From: Mobula hypostoma | Taxonomy: Eukaryota | Length of the DNA stretch: 64,000 nt | Direction: 5' to 3' | Assembly (NCBI RefSeq): GCF_963921235.1 | Contig: NC_086097.1 | Span: 24,492,001-24,556,000, forward strand | Shown here: positions 1 through 13,189 of the stretch, in pieces | How the letters are laid out: each line of letters opens with the position of its first letter | Numbering within the stretch: the first letter of the stretch is position 1 | Program-made: the position numbers and the translations under genes | The notes under the pieces: model-generated | The model's database searches: none | Seen by the model: only the letters and a program-made list of their open reading frames with translations | Told to the model about the DNA's origin: nothing

Positions 1-395
1 CCATCTGCCACTTCTCAGTCCAGTTTCACATCCTATCGTCTCCGCTGGTCATCGATCTCCATGCAGAATATGACCCGGCTACAACCACTCTTTGCCTTCT
101 GTGGGCAATCTAGTTCTGGATCCACAAAGCAATTTCCCCTTGAATCCCATGCCTCCTTACTTTCTCAATAACCCTTGCAATGGGGTACCTTGTCAAATGC
201 CTTGCTGAAATCCATATACACTACATCTACTGCTCAACCTTCATCGATGTGTTTCGTCACATCCTCAAAAAATTCAATCAGTCTCGTAAGGCACGATCTG
301 CCCTTGACAAAGCCATGCTGACTATTCCTAATCATATTATACCTCTCCAAATGTTCTTAAATCCTACCTCTCAGGATCTTCTCCATCAACATTCA
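1..395 (-). mobile_element. CR1 LINE RT fragment (degenerate)
   Basis: Minus strand encodes the CR1 RT motifs QHGFVKGRSC, YMDFSKAFDKV and KWQM, with an internal deletion. Confidence 0.75.
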
Positions 396-1148
396 GCCAT
401 ATTTTCAGTCTCCTTCCTCTGTACCAGCTTCGATTCGGCTGACATCAGCAACCTTAAATATGGCATTGGAGCTGTGCTTAAATATATAGTCATAGATTTA
501 AAGTGAGTAGAGCCAGAGGCCAAGCACACAGCCTTGTGGTGAACCTGTGCTGATGGTGATTGTGAAGATATTGTTGTCAATCCATACTGACTAGGGTCTG
601 CAAGTGAGGAAATCGAGGATTCATTTGCACAGGGAGGCGTCGCGGCCCAAGCCTTAGAGCTTAATGATGAGTCTGAGAGGATGATAGTGTTGACTGTTGA
701 GCTGTAGTCAATGAAAAATATTCTTTGAAGTCTGTTGCTGGCCCTTCTCCCTTTACTCTAAAGGCTTAAGCAATGTCTGGAACTGGAAGAAACAAATACT
801 AAAATGCTCCAGGCCTGCTCTCTCCCACTAGGGCTGCATCATTTGCCTTGTGGAAACAGAAAACAAATCAGAGAGCATTTGTGGAATGTGAAACAGTTAA
901 CACATCAGCATTCTGGTGAAAGGTCTCTGACCTGAATTGTTGACTGGCTGAATTATAGAATGTGTGAATCTGAGGGAGCAGCTTGCAATGAATCACTACA
1001 AATGCTGCCCAACCTGCTGAGAGTTGGAAGTTTTTTCTCGCTTTAGTTCCCTTTGACCACAGTGTTAAATGCAACAAGGGTACAATCTATTGTTCTGCAA
1101 ACTACTTCCTCTATTCACAGGTGACACTTCACCTGTGAGTCGACTGGG

Positions 1149-1442
1149 GTGATATACTGCGTCCGGTGCTCCCGATGTGGCCTTTTATATATTGGCGAGA
1201 CCCGACGCAGACTGGGAGACCGCTTTGCTGAACACCTACGCTCTGTCCGCCAGAGAAAGCAGGATCTCCCAGTGGCCATAGATTTTAATTCCACATCCCA
1301 TTCCCATTCTGACATGTCTTTCCACGGCCTCCTCTACTGTAAAGATGAAGCCACACTCAGGTTGGAGGAACAACACCTTATATTCCGTCTGGGTAGCCTC
1401 CAACCTGATGGCATGAACATCGACTTCTCCAACTTCCGCTAA
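1149..1442 (+). CDS. GIY-YIG endonuclease C-terminal fragment of a Penelope-like element
   Basis: VIYCVRCSRCGLLYIGETRRRLGDRFAEH...LEEQHLIFRLGSLQPDGMN: IY...YIG motif with CxxC, conserved R/H/E residues and a terminal PxGxN. Confidence 0.85.
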   Translation: MIYCVRCSRCGLLYIGETRRRLGDRFAEHLRSVRQRKQDLPVAIDFNSTSHSHSDMSFHGLLYCKDEATLRLEEQHLIFRLGSLQPDGMNIDFSNFR

Positions 1443-1734
1443 GGCCCCACCTCCCCCTCGTACCCCATCCGTTATTTATTTTTAGACACACATTCTTTCT
1501 CTCAGTCTCTTTTTTCTCCCTCTGTCCCTCTGACTATACCCTTTGCCCATCCTCTGGGTTCCCCCCCTTGTCTTTCTCCCCAGACCTCCTGTCCCATGAT
1601 CCTCTCGTATCCCCTTTTGCCTATCACCTGTCCAGCTCTTGGCTCCATCCCTCCCCCTCCTGTCTTCTCCTATCATTTTGGATCTTCCCCTCCCCCTCCC
1701 ACTTTCAAATCTCTTACTAACTCTTCCTTCAGTT

Positions 1735-1770
1735 AGTCCTGATGAAGGATCTCAGCCTGAAACGTCACTG
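1735..1770 (+). ncRNA. minimal type I hammerhead ribozyme motif (Penelope-associated)
   Basis: AGTC-CTGATGA-AGG atctcag CCT-GAAA-C-GTC-ACTG. Catalytic boxes CUGAUGA and GAAA, stem II AGG/CCT and a GUC cleavage triplet are present. Stem I appears to lack one G. Confidence 0.6.
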
Positions 1771-1878
1771 TACCTCTTCCTAGAGATGCTGCCTGGCCTG
1801 CTGCGTTCACCAGCAACTTTGATGTGTGTTGCTTGAATTTCCAGCATCTGCAGAATTCCTGTTGTTTTCCTCTATTCA

Positions 1879-2160
1879 GAGTCTGTGCCCTCTGGTCCTA
1901 GATTGCCCCACTATTGGAAACATCCCCTCCATGTATACTCTCTCTAGGCCTTTCAAATATTTGATAGGTTTCAATGAGAATTATTCTAAACTCCAGTGAG
2001 TAAAGGCCCAGGGCTTTCAAATGCTCCTCACGCATTAACCTTTTTGTAAAACTCCTCTGGATCCTCTCCAATGCTAGTACATCTTTGATATGGGGCCCAA
2101 AACTGATCAGAGTACTCCAAATGTGGACTGACAAATGCCTTTTAAAGTCTCAACATGATG
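1879..2160 (-). mobile_element. CR1 3' fragment
   Basis: Minus strand reads KDVLALERIQRSFT...LGLYSLEFR (CR1 ORF2 C-terminus). Confidence 0.7.
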
Positions 2161-3807
2161 CCAAATTAAAATAATTCCCTTCTGCCTGTAGATGATCCAC
2201 ATCCTTTCATTCCCCTGCAAACCTACAGTTCATAATTATCTGCTTCCACCACTACCCCTGGCAGCCTTTCAGCCCATCTCATCGACATCAGACTGGTCAT
2301 CTTCCTACATCTACCCACATCAGAACCATATCACTCAAAACCCTTCCATCCACGTACCTATCCAAACTTCTCTTATATGTTACAAATGAACCCGCATCTA
2401 CCACTTGTTCCACGCTCACACTTCTCTCTGAGTGAAGCAGTTTCCCCTGAAATATGTCACCTTTGACCCTTAATCTTGACCTCTGGTTCTAGTCTCACAC
2501 AACCTGAGGGGGAAAATGCTGCAAGCATTTCCCCTATCTTTACCTAGCATAATGGTGATTGACACTCTGACACAGATGACCAGAAGTTAACCTCTTTCCA
2601 CAAGCACGCAGGGCCCCTTTATAAGAAGTCGGGCAGCAATAAGATTTTATTGTGGTCTGTGTCAGTGCCAGAATGACAATGCCATGGCAAGTGTTGGCTC
2701 AGTTCCATCCTTCCAGCTTGTCATGTGGGAGGAACTGATGAACAGGTGTCCATTTAATTATGTTCTTTTCAATTTGACCTGTGCATTCATTCAGTTGTTC
2801 CAAGATCTGCTGTGGCTTGGTCTCTCCACTGCCAGCACAAGCAATTACATCTGGTGACAACAGAGTAAGGAGTGACCGCAGTGCATTGGGCGTACATGGG
2901 CTGTGGCCACTTCTGGCAATGGCAGCTCTCCCCGTGGGAAGTTGGGGGTCTCCGGGACAATTGAGTTGCCTTCCCACCTGTTTTGTAGGGCAGGTAAATC
3001 AACTAGGCCAGAGCTAGCAAGGGATTGGCAGACTTTCTTCAAAATGACAGTAGTGAACCAGATGGATTTTTATGGCTTTCTGATAGTTTTATGATCACCA
3101 TTACTGATTCAGGCTTTTTATTACAGATGTGTTTAATTAATTTAATTTAAATTCCCCAGTTGCCCTGCCAGGATTCAAACTGATATTTCCCAATCATTAG
3201 AACACAGAACATTGCAGCTCCATACAGGCCCTTCAGCTTGTGATGTTTTAACCTACTCTGAAATCAATCTAACCCTTCTCTCCTATTTTCTCATTCTTAT
3301 GCCTAACAAATCCCTCCTGTATTTGCCTCTCCCATGACCTCTGACAGGGCTTTTCGTGCGCCACCACTCTCTATGAAGTACTTACCTCTGACATCCCTCC
3401 TATACTTTCCTCCAATATCCGTAAAATTATGCCCCCTCGTATTAGCAATTTCTGCCCTGAGAAAAGTCTCTGGCTGTCCACTCTATCTATACTTCATATC
3501 AGTTTGTAGACCTCTAAGAGCCACATCTCCTGGCATCCTCTGATTCATTCCAGGGTGCGAGAGAAATAAATAAGGCTATGCCATGTTCAAATGATAAAAG
3601 TTTATAGGACTGGTGGTGGATGAAAAAGGCGAAGAAGTCCATGTCCTGGGATTGAATGAAAGAGGATCAGGTAATAATGAGTTGAAATGGCAACCAATCA
3701 AGGAAGAGAGTGGAGCTACTACCACAGCGTAGATCTAGAACAGTATAGCACAGGAAGAGGCCCTGCACTCCATAATGTTGTGCCAAACTAATTTTACTAT
3801 AATTAAG

Positions 3808-4080
3808 AGCAACACAGTAGCGTAGTGGTTAGCGGAATGCTTTACGGCACCAGAGATCAGCAATCGGGGTTCAATTCTTATGGGTTTTTGCAAGGAATTT
3901 GTATGTTCTCCCAGGGACCGTGTGGGTTTCCACCAGGTTCCCTGGTTTCCTCCTACTGGTAAGAACCTGCTATGTTGGCACAGGTAGCATGCCGGCACTT
4001 ACAGGCTGCCCCCAGCACATCCTTGAGTTGTGTTTGTTGTTGGCCGTAAGCGACACAGTTTACTGTATGCTTTGATGTGT
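3808..4080 (+). mobile_element. tRNA-derived V-type SINE
   Basis: A-box TAGCGTAGTGG, B-box GGTTCAATTC and the V-domain-like core GAATTTGTATGTTCTCCC...GTGGGTTTCC...GGTTTCCTCC. Confidence 0.65.
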
Positions 4081-4910
4081 TAATACGCATTCTCCTGCCT
4101 TTTCCCATAACCTTTCACGCCTTTACTAACCAAGTACTTATCAACCTCCGCTTTAAATATTCCCAATGACATGGCCTCTACAGCTATTAGTGGCAATGAT
4201 ACACCACAGATACACCACTCTCTGGCTAACAAAATTCCTCCTCATCACTGTTCTAAAGGGATTCCCTCTGGTTCTATACTCTCCCACTATTGGAAACATC
4301 TTCTGCATGTCCAGTCTATCAAGTGTCCTGAGGCATCTTCACAGGGTGGATGGAAAGAAGAATTTTTCTCCTATATAAAATTTTGGTTCGGTTACACTTG
4401 GAGTATTGTGTGTATTTCTGATCACACTGTTACAGGACAGATGTGGAGGCTTTGGAGTGGATACAGAAAAAGTTTACCAGGGTACTGCTTGGATAAAAAG
4501 GCATGAACTACAGGGAGAGGTTGAACAAACTAAGGTTGTTTTCTCTGAAGCTTTGGAGGCCAAGGGAGACCTGGTGGAAGTTTATAAAATTATGGCATTC
4601 CTAGAGAATTAGACAGTTAGAATTTTTTTTTCCCAGAGTAGAGCTAGGATTGATGGTGGGAGAGTTTTACTCAGGCAGTATTGGTATTGGTATTTATAAT
4701 TGTCACTTGTGCCAAGATACAGTGAAAAGCTTGTCTTGCATACTGTTCCTACAGATCAAATCATTACACAGTTCACTGAGCTAGAATAGGGTAAATATAT
4801 CCAAAGACTTGCCCTTCACAGTCATCTGTGCCTATGAACTCCACAGATTCACCAACCTCTGGCTAAAGAAATTGCTGCTAATTTCTGTTCTAAAGGGATG
4901 TCCCTCTATT

Positions 4911-4966
4911 TCAGGGATTCCCAGCTGGGGTCCAGAAACCCCTCGGTTAATGGTAGGGGTCCATGT
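4911..4966. mobile_element. truncated hAT-like MITE inside a CR1 fragment
   Basis: Starts CAGGGATTCCCAGCTGGGGTCC, resembling hAT CAGGGGTTCCCAA termini. TCTATT lies on both sides (4905-4910, 4967-4972). Confidence 0.4.
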
Positions 4967-5982
4967 TCTATTCCAAGGCTGTGCACTAGACTCCCTCACT
5001 ATAGGAAACTTACTCTCCACATCCACTCTGCCCAGGCCTTTCAATATTAAGAGTCTATGATGCTAATTAAAACTACCAAATTGAAGACATTTCTAAATTT
5101 ACCAGGATGTTGTCGGGACTTGAGGACTTGAGTTAAAGTTCAGCCGGATCTCACTGAACAGCAAATCACAGAGAGAGGCTTTCTGGTGGACCCTGTTTCC
5201 ATTTCTTAATTGTGGAACAACAGCTCTGCACAATACATGGCCCTCTCACAGGCTGAGCCTTAAGAAACCAGCAAATTAAAAAGAAAGTGCAGGCGGATTG
5301 GGAAATAAAATGGATTCCAAGTGCAAGGAAGATTAAAGCTGATGGTTCTTTTGTGGTTTAAGTGCCCTTTAATGAAAGTGAGCAACATGTCAGTGAGTGT
5401 GATATATTAATTGGAGCTTTTAGACATCGAGTTATGTATTGCCTGATTCTATGCTCATTGTTCAGGCATAACAAACCGCTTGATATCATCACTGCCATCT
5501 TTAATATACTGCTTTAATGCCCACAAGACTTCCAGTTCCTGAATTATGCACCAGAAAAATGAGGAACTGTGCCATAGCTTCAGGGATCTTGGCATTTGTC
5601 CAATAAGAGAGAAAGAAGGGGAGGGAGCGATCTTTCTTTGAGCCCTGATTTATCCACCAGCAGCAGGACTCTGTGAATCATTAATGGTGCTTGGGGAGAT
5701 AGCATCATCATGCTTGGAAAAGGAGCTGCATCCAGGACTGTACTGTCGCTATGATGCTCAGTATTTGGCCAATTACTCAGCAGCACTGGAGGAGGTCAGA
5801 CATTAGCTCATCTGCAACAGGTAAAGAATTAAAGCAAAATTTCTGCAACATTTCCATCAAAACTACCTTCAAATAGCACTTATCAAAATGCCAAGACACT
5901 GTGCTTCCATTTAGAATCCAGTATACATTATCTTAGTGATGGAAAATTGGCTTATTATTGGCACATGTACCGAGATGCATAC

Positions 5983-6285
5983 AGGGGAGATTCAAACAAG
6001 AGGACATGAGTTGAGAGTTAGGGGGCAAAAGTTTAGGGGTAACATGAGGAGGAACTTTTTTACTCAGAGAGTGGTGGCTGTGTGGAACGGGCTTCCAGCA
6101 GAAGTGGCAGAGGCAGGTTCGATGTTGTCATTTAAAGTAAAATTGGATAGCTATATGGACAGGAAAGGAATGGAGGGTTATGGGCTGAGTGCAGGTCGGT
6201 GGGACTAAGTGAGAGTAAGAGTTCAGCATGGACTAGACGGGCCGAGATGGCCTGTTTCCGTACTGTAATTGTTATATGGTTATAT
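5983..6285 (+). mobile_element. CR1 3' end (same family as the 45240-50691 element)
   Basis: GEIQTRGHELRVRGQKFRGNMRRNFFTQRVV...; closely matches 50390-50691. Confidence 0.85.
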
Positions 6286-6814
6286 AGTACCTGCATGCAT
6301 CTCATTCATACAGATTGGTTTTGTATTGATCTCAGTCACTGGTATTGGTATCGATTCACAATTGAAAGTGGTATGATATTATTATTGTCACATGTACCAA
6401 GATACAGTGAAAAGCTTGTCATGCATACTGTTCATACAGATCAAAACATTGCACAATGCATTGAGATAGAATAAGGTAAAACAATAATAATGCAGACTAA
6501 AGTGTGAAAGCTAATAAAAATGCAGTGCAGGTAAACGATAAAGTGCAAGTTCATAATGAGGTATGTTATGAGGTTTAGAGTCCATCTCATCTGATCAAGA
6601 GTCTAATAACACTGGGGTAGAATCTGTCCTTAAGCCTGGTGGTACGTGCTTTCAGGTCTTTGTATCTTCTGCCCAAAGGGAGAAGGGAGAGAGAGAATGT
6701 CTGGGGCAGGTGGGGTCTTTGATTGTTCTGGCTGCTTTTCTTTGGCAGCAAGAAGTATAGATAGAGCCACAGAACCCATAGAGGGGAGACTGGTCCCTGT
6801 AATGTGCAGAGTGA

Positions 6815-7230
6815 ACTTGGCCTTTTCTCCTTGGAGTGACGGAGGATGAGCTGTGAACTGATAGAGATATATAAGATGATGAGGGGCTTTGATTGTGTGG
6901 ATAGCCAGAGGCTTTTTCCCAGGGCTGAATAGCTAACACGAGGGGGCATAGGTTTCAGGTGCTTAGAAGTGGGTACAAGGGGGCTGCCAGAGGTAAATTT
7001 TTCACACAGAAAGTGGTGGGTGCACGGAATGCACTGCCAGCGAAGGTGGTAGAGGTGGATACAATACAGTTTTTTAAGAGACTCTCAGATAGGTACATGG
7101 AGCTTAGAAAAATAGAGGGCTATGCAGTAGGGAAATTCTCGCAGCTTGGAGAGTAGGTTACATGGTTGGCACAACACTGTGGACTGAAGGGCCAGTAATG
7201 TGCTGTAAATTTTCTCTGTTCTATGTTCTA
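6815..7230 (+). mobile_element. CR1 3' fragment
   Basis: FFTQKVVGARNALP motif and a TTCTATGTTCTA tail. Confidence 0.75.
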
Positions 7231-7249
7231 AACCTCAACAATTCCTTGC

Positions 7250-7665
7250 AGTCATGTGCAGAGTAGTTGCGGTGCCAGACCATCATGCATCCAGAAATGA
7301 TGCATCAATAACAATTGGCAAGGGTTGGCATGTCAGTTTTCTTTAACCTCCAAGTAAGTAGAGATGTTGGTGAGATTTCTTGGCCATGACATCACCATGG
7401 TTTGACCAAGACAGGACAGATGATATTCACACCGAAGAGCTTGATAATCTCAACCCTCTCAACCTCAAAACTTTTGATGAAGACTGGAGCATGTGCACTG
7501 CTCTCCTTCCTGAAGTCAATGACCAGCCCTCTCCTTTCATTGATATCGAGGGAAATGTTGTCATGACACCATGTCATGAAGCTCTCTATCTCCTTCCTCC
7601 AATCCAGTCCATCATTATTTGAGATGCAGCTCACTGTTGTATCATCTGCAGATTTGTAAATCATT
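7250..7665 (-). mobile_element. Rex1/Babar-like LINE RT fragment
   Basis: IYKSADDTTV...WCHDNISLDINE..LVIDFRK..VERVEIIKLFGV on the minus strand. Confidence 0.65.
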
Positions 7666-8834
7666 CCCTACGTCAATACATCAAGGTAGTGCAAAAGGTA
7701 AAACAATAACAGAACGGTATCCTGTTTACATTGTTATAGTTACAAAGAAAGTGCAGTGCCCGTAGTCAAGTAAGAACAGCAAAAGCTTAACTGAGAGATC
7801 AGGAGTCCTTTATTGTACAAGAGGGCCATTCAAGAGCCTTATAACAGTGGGATAGATGCTGATACTGAGCCTAGTGGTATTTTAGTCTTCACTCTTTCAA
7901 GAAGTCAAATATTCATTACTTTCAGATATTTATCACTTCAAATATTTCTTCTCATCTCTGAGTAGAATGTGCAATTCCCTGTATCCACTCCTAGGTATTA
8001 ATTATTCTCTGCAATCACTCCAATGTATTGATTATTCTCTCTGTGATCATTCAGAGTTGTTGCATGTCTTTGCCTAGCCAGACAAGACAGAAATCTATCC
8101 ATAAAGCTGACTCCTAAAACCATGAATATAAATCTTTGCTTTGCCCAAGCTGACAGTGGATTTGCAGTGGAATCGTTTATTCAGAAAGCCGCAGGACCCA
8201 AATTTCTGTATGCTGGGAAAATTTCCTGACAATTCATTGAATGTGATTTTGATTGGAGAAAGAAATATTTAATACTCTCACTGGTCAGGGAATGAGTGAG
8301 GATACATAACTATGTGAGGGCAATGCTTGGAATGTGGAAGAAACCAGCTAGTACATTCTATCTCAGTATATTTGTCAATGAGTCATGAGGTACCTGTATT
8401 TCTCCAGCATCTCTTGTGAGTTCAGGGCAGGCAAAAGTAGGTCATTGTCACAGTTTATGACATGCAGTCCTGTTGTAATGCAAGAAGTCCCATGGTCAAT
8501 GCCGCCAGGAGTAGTCATAACACAGAAATAGACCCTTGACCCACTGAGTCTTTGCTGACTATCAACCACCACCTTTACATCTAGCCTAACCCATTTTATT
8601 CTCACTGTGTTCCCATAAACTCCCCCCCCCCCCAGATTCTGTCCCTCGCCTACACGATGGTGGCTTTTTATGGTGCCCTGTTAACTGACCAACCTTTGCA
8701 TTTTTGGATTGTGGGAGGAAACTAAAAATAGTGCAGAAAAGATTTACTATAATGTTGCCTCCACCTGGTTCCTGAGTTTATAAGACTTTATCTCCTAGAA
8801 TACAGGAGATTAGACATCACTTAAAAGTGATATG

Positions 8835-9360
8835 CACTCAGTGGCCATTTTATTAGGTACATCTGTACACCTGCTCAATAATGCAAATATCTAATCGGCC
8901 AATCATATGACAGCAACTCAATGCATAAAACCATCCATAAATAGTCAAGAGGTTTAGTTGTTGTTCAGACCAAACATCAGAATGGGGAAGAAATGTGATA
9001 TAAATGACTTTGTCCGTGGAATGATTATTGTGTCAGATGGGGTGGTTTGAGTATCTGAGAAACTGCTGACATCCTGAGATTTTCATGCACAACAGTCTCT
9101 AGAGCTTATAGAGAATGGTGTGAAAAACAAAAAAAAACCATCTAGTGAGCAGTAGTTCTGTGGGCAAAAAAATGCCTTGCTAATTAGAGAGAGGTCAGAG
9201 GCAAATGGCCAGACAGTAAGGTGACAGAAACTCAAATAACCACACATTACAATAGTGGTGTGCAGAAGAGCATCTCTGAGCGCACAACACGTCTAACATT
9301 GAAGTGGGTGGGCTACTGCAGCAGAACGTCACAAGCATGTAGAAATACTGTCAGTGGCCA
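8835..9360 (+). mobile_element. Tc1/mariner-derived non-autonomous DNA transposon
   Basis: Terminus CACTCAGTGGCCATTTTATTAGGTACA and a degenerate Tc1 HTH N-terminus (MGKKCDI...GLSI.ETADIL.FS.TTVSR). Related copies at 25215-25740 and 31535-32025. Confidence 0.7.
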
Positions 9361-10354
9361 TGATGTGTATGAGATCAGAATTGGAGTAGATATGGCTACA
9401 GCACTTATTTTTCCCAGAGAAGGTGGTGTTAAAAACAAGGGGAAATAGGTTTAAGAAAGGAGGCAAGCGACTTAAAGGGGATTTCAGGGACAGCTTCTTC
9501 ATGCAAAGGGTGGTGCGTATTTGGAATGAGCTGCTATTGGGTTTCTTGGTTCTGTGGCTGCCCGTAAAGAGACGAACCTCAACTTTGTATACTTTGATAG
9601 TAAGTGTACTTTGAGCTAGTGGTTGAATGAGCACATTAGCAACATTTCAACGCCAACTAAGTAAGTACATATACAGGAGAGGTTTCGATGGTCATGAGTC
9701 AAATGTTCCTTATGCGAGGATAACTTCATTCACCACAATTCTGAACTGATCTACAACCAAAAGACTTATATTCAGGAAATCTTTACGACTCGTGTTCTCG
9801 GTATTATTCTTTATTTGTACAGTTTGTCTTTTTTTGCAGAATCAGAATTAGGTTTAATATTATTGACATCATGAAATTTGTTGTTTTGCAGCAGCAATAC
9901 AGTGCAATACATAAAATACTATAAATTGCAATAAAAATATAAAAAGTTAAATAAGTAGAGCAAAAGGAGAGCAAAATTAATGAGGTAATTTTCAAAGCTT
10001 CATGGACCATTCAGACATCTGATGGTAGAGGTGAACTCATTCTTATGAACATAGTTCTGAATGTTATTTGTTTACTTTTTATTGTTTGCATTTTTTTTCT
10101 TTTTCTTTGGACATTGAGTGTTTGATGGTGTTCTTTTTTGATGAGTTCTATTGGGTTTCTTTTTTATTGTGTCTGCTGGTAAGGAGACAAATCTCAAAGA
10201 TGTAGATAGTATGCTGTAAATTCTTTGATAATAAATGTACTTTGAACTTTTCAAAAAGTTGTTCCTACAATGTTGAGTCAGTGCCTTCAGGCTCCCGTAC
10301 CTCCTCCTTGATGGTAGCAATGAGAAAAGGGCATGTCCTGGGTGGATGGAGGTC

Positions 10355-11225
10355 CTATGTGGAGGGGTAGGTCGTGCTGAGGATGCAAGGTGATTGCAGC
10401 AGGACTTAGAAATATTGGAAGAATGGGCAAAAAAGTGGCAGATGGAATACAGTGTTGGGAAATGTATGATAATGCATTTTGGTAAAAGGAACAATAGTGT
10501 GGACTATTATCTAAATGGGGAGAATGTTCAAACATCAGAGATGCAGTGTGACTTAGGAGGGCTCATGCAAGACTTCCAGAAGGTTAATTTACAGGTTGAG
10601 TCTGGGGTAAAAGAGACAAATGCAATCTAGGCATTTATTTCAAGGGGAATAGAATATAAAAGCAAGGAGATAATGCTGAGGCTTTTTAAGACACTAGTCA
10701 GGCTGCATTTGGAGTATTGTCTACAGTTTTGGGCCCAATATCTCAGAAAGGATGTGTTGTCATTGGAAAGAGTCCAGAGGAGGTTCACGAGGATGATTCT
10801 GGGACTGAAGGGGTTAACATATGAGAATTGTCTGGCAGCTTTGGGCCTGTACTGACTGGAAAATAGAAGAATGCGTGGGGATCTCATTGAAACCTAGCGA
10901 ATATTGAAAGGACTAGATAGGGTGGATGTGTAGAAGATATTTCCTGTGGTGAAGGTATCCAGAACTAGAGGGCACAGCCTAAAAATTGAGAGGCAACTTT
11001 TTAAAACAGAGATAAGGAGGAATTTTTTTAGCTAGAGGGTCATGACTCTGTGGAATGCTCTGCCACAGACTGCGGTGGAGACCAAGTCTGTGGGTATATT
11101 TAAGGAGGATGTTGATACTTTCCTGATTGATCAGGGCCTCAAAGGATATGGAGAGAAAGCAGGTATATGGGATTGAGTGGGATCCGGGATCAGCCATGAT
11201 TGAACGGCGGAGCAGACTCGATGAA
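10355..11225 (+). mobile_element. CR1 3' portion (about 0.9 kb, degenerate)
   Basis: LQQDLEILEEWAKKWQMEYSVGKC and TLVRLHLEYCLQFWAQYLRKDVLSLERVQRRFT. Confidence 0.85.
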
Positions 11226-11429
11226 CTTGTTATTTCATGATCTCATTACTTATTACTATTTATTTATATTTGCATTTGCACAGTTTGTTGTTTATTGATC
11301 GTGTTTACAATTACTGTTCTATAGATTTGCTAAATACGTCCAGAGGAAAAAGAATATCAGGGTTGTATGTGGTGACATTTTTGCACTTTGATAATAGGTT
11401 TTACTTCGTACTTTGAACTTTGAAACCAC

Positions 11430-12258
11430 ATCTCTTGGTGACACTGAAGGAGTAAGGCTAGGTTGAAGACCTTTCTTGGCCAGAAAGTACATAGGATCTT
11501 CCGAAGGCTCATGGTATGGAATGACGACAGCTTGGCAGCATCACCTTTTGTCATGTGTCAGCCTTCTGACCCGTACAAGAGTGTGGACAGAACACAGCTC
11601 TGGTACAACTTCACCTTGGTGTGGATGCTGCACGTGGTTGACTTCCATGTGTTGCTGGTTTCCACTCCAGCAAGTACTTCTCAATGCCTTTCTTCAAAAT
11701 GACAGCTACACCATTATGATGCTGACCACCTTCCCTTCCTGAATATAAAACTGCTTCACTGGTTGCTGCCTTGGTCTGCTAGACCCTGTCCATCTGCTTT
11801 CACTGATGCCCAGTGTATGAAAGTTGTAATAACACGTTTCTGCTATTATTTGTGCTAGCTTGCCAGTGTTGTACATGTTTCGTATGTTCCAAAAACCAGT
11901 TTTGGTCTTGATTTTTGTGGTGTTCAGGGCTTTCTTCATCATGCCAGTAGCTTCCTCTCGGATTTCACTGCAGTCAGTCATGCAAATCCTGGGTGGAGTT
12001 TCAGGAATACCATCACACCCAGATTTAGGATTCTTCATAGCTGTTTCCATAAGAAATTTTTCACCAATCTGTGTTGTTAGCCCTTAGCCGAACCCCGAAC
12101 CTTAGCCTGGCCTCTACCCTTTGACCTGTTTAGCATAGGTGACTCTACCAACAGTCAAAGCCCAAGGCCCTGACTCCAACCAATGCAGCTCTCGAGGTTA
12201 TTGAGGCACACAAACCTCCAAACCCTATGACAATGTTGTAGTCCTCTTGGAGGATGAT
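11430..12258 (-). mobile_element. internally deleted RTE-clade LINE (5' UTR plus APE N-terminus joined to RT C-terminus)
   Basis: GFWNIRNMYNTGKLAQII...LGISESRWTGS (RTE endonuclease start), followed within about 150 bp by TLLYGSEGWHMTK..KLSSFHTMSLRKIL (RTE post-RT region). Confidence 0.75.
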
Positions 12259-12779
12259 AACATATACATACTGTACATGACATATTCATACACATCCATG
12301 CATACATATATATGATAATAAATTTACCTAGAACTTTGAAGTTTGAAAAGCAGGCAGATAGGACTCTGTTACTGGGCAATACACTCAGCATGGACCATTC
12401 GGGTAGAAGAGCCTGTTTCTGTGCTGTATGATTCTGTGACTCTATAAATCAGAACATCTGAAAGACACACATGTGGTCATATGGAGAACATGCAGACTCC
12501 ACACAGAGAGCAACTTGGATCAGCGGTACTTGACAAGCTGTACCCCTGTGATTTGGGTCTGAACCCCACAACTTTCTTTATCTACAACTGCACAGTTGTC
12601 TACTCAGGACATAACCAGACTGCTCCAAAAATGCAGCTTTCCTTTAGTGTTGTCAAGATACCTGTTTAATTTTACTGTTTTTTTTGGGGCAGTCAGCAAC
12701 AAGGCTCTCGTTATGAGACGATGATGAGAAGAGGCATTGAGAGAGTAGACAGCCTACACTCTTTCTTAGAACATAGAAC

Positions 12780-12932
12780 ATGAAGAGTATACTGACCAAT
12801 ACTAAAGTAGGCATGACAACCCGCCTCAGAGTACTGAAATGTTGCGTTTATCCAGTTGTGTTATATGGCTCAGAATGTTGGACAATATCTAGTAACATGA
12901 GGAAACGAATTGTAGCAGCAGAGATGTGGTTT
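12780..12932 (+). mobile_element. RTE LINE post-RT fragment
   Basis: RLRVLKCCVYPVVLYGSECWTIS..MRKRIVAAEMWF. Confidence 0.7.
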
Positions 12933-13189
12933 TTATTTAGCAGCACAGTACAAACCCTTTGGCCCACAATGCTGTACTGGCCTTTAAACCTATTTTAAGA
13001 TCAACCTAACCCTTCCCTCCTACAAAGTTCTCCATTTTTTTCTTTCATCCATGTACCTGTTGAGAGTTTCTTAAATGCCCTGACGTGCCTGCCACTACCA
13101 CCACCCCTGGCAAGGCTTTCCCTGCACCCACCACTCTCTGTGTAAAAAAACTTATCTCTGACACCCCACTAATTTCCTCTAATCATCAC

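Larger units (their letters stand above)
1118..1866 (+). mobile_element. 5'-truncated Penelope-like retroelement (GIY-YIG end plus 3' terminal region)
   Basis: GIY-YIG ORF followed by a pyrimidine-rich tract and a terminal repeat with a hammerhead motif. Flanked by the 12-bp direct repeat TTCCTCTATTCA (1106-1117, 1867-1878). Confidence 0.88.

Noticed and set aside
2781..3017. ORF with a hydrophobic stretch, possible beta-neurexin signal exon
   Set aside because: It lacks the His-rich beta-neurexin N-terminus and a convincing start, so it is probably chance.
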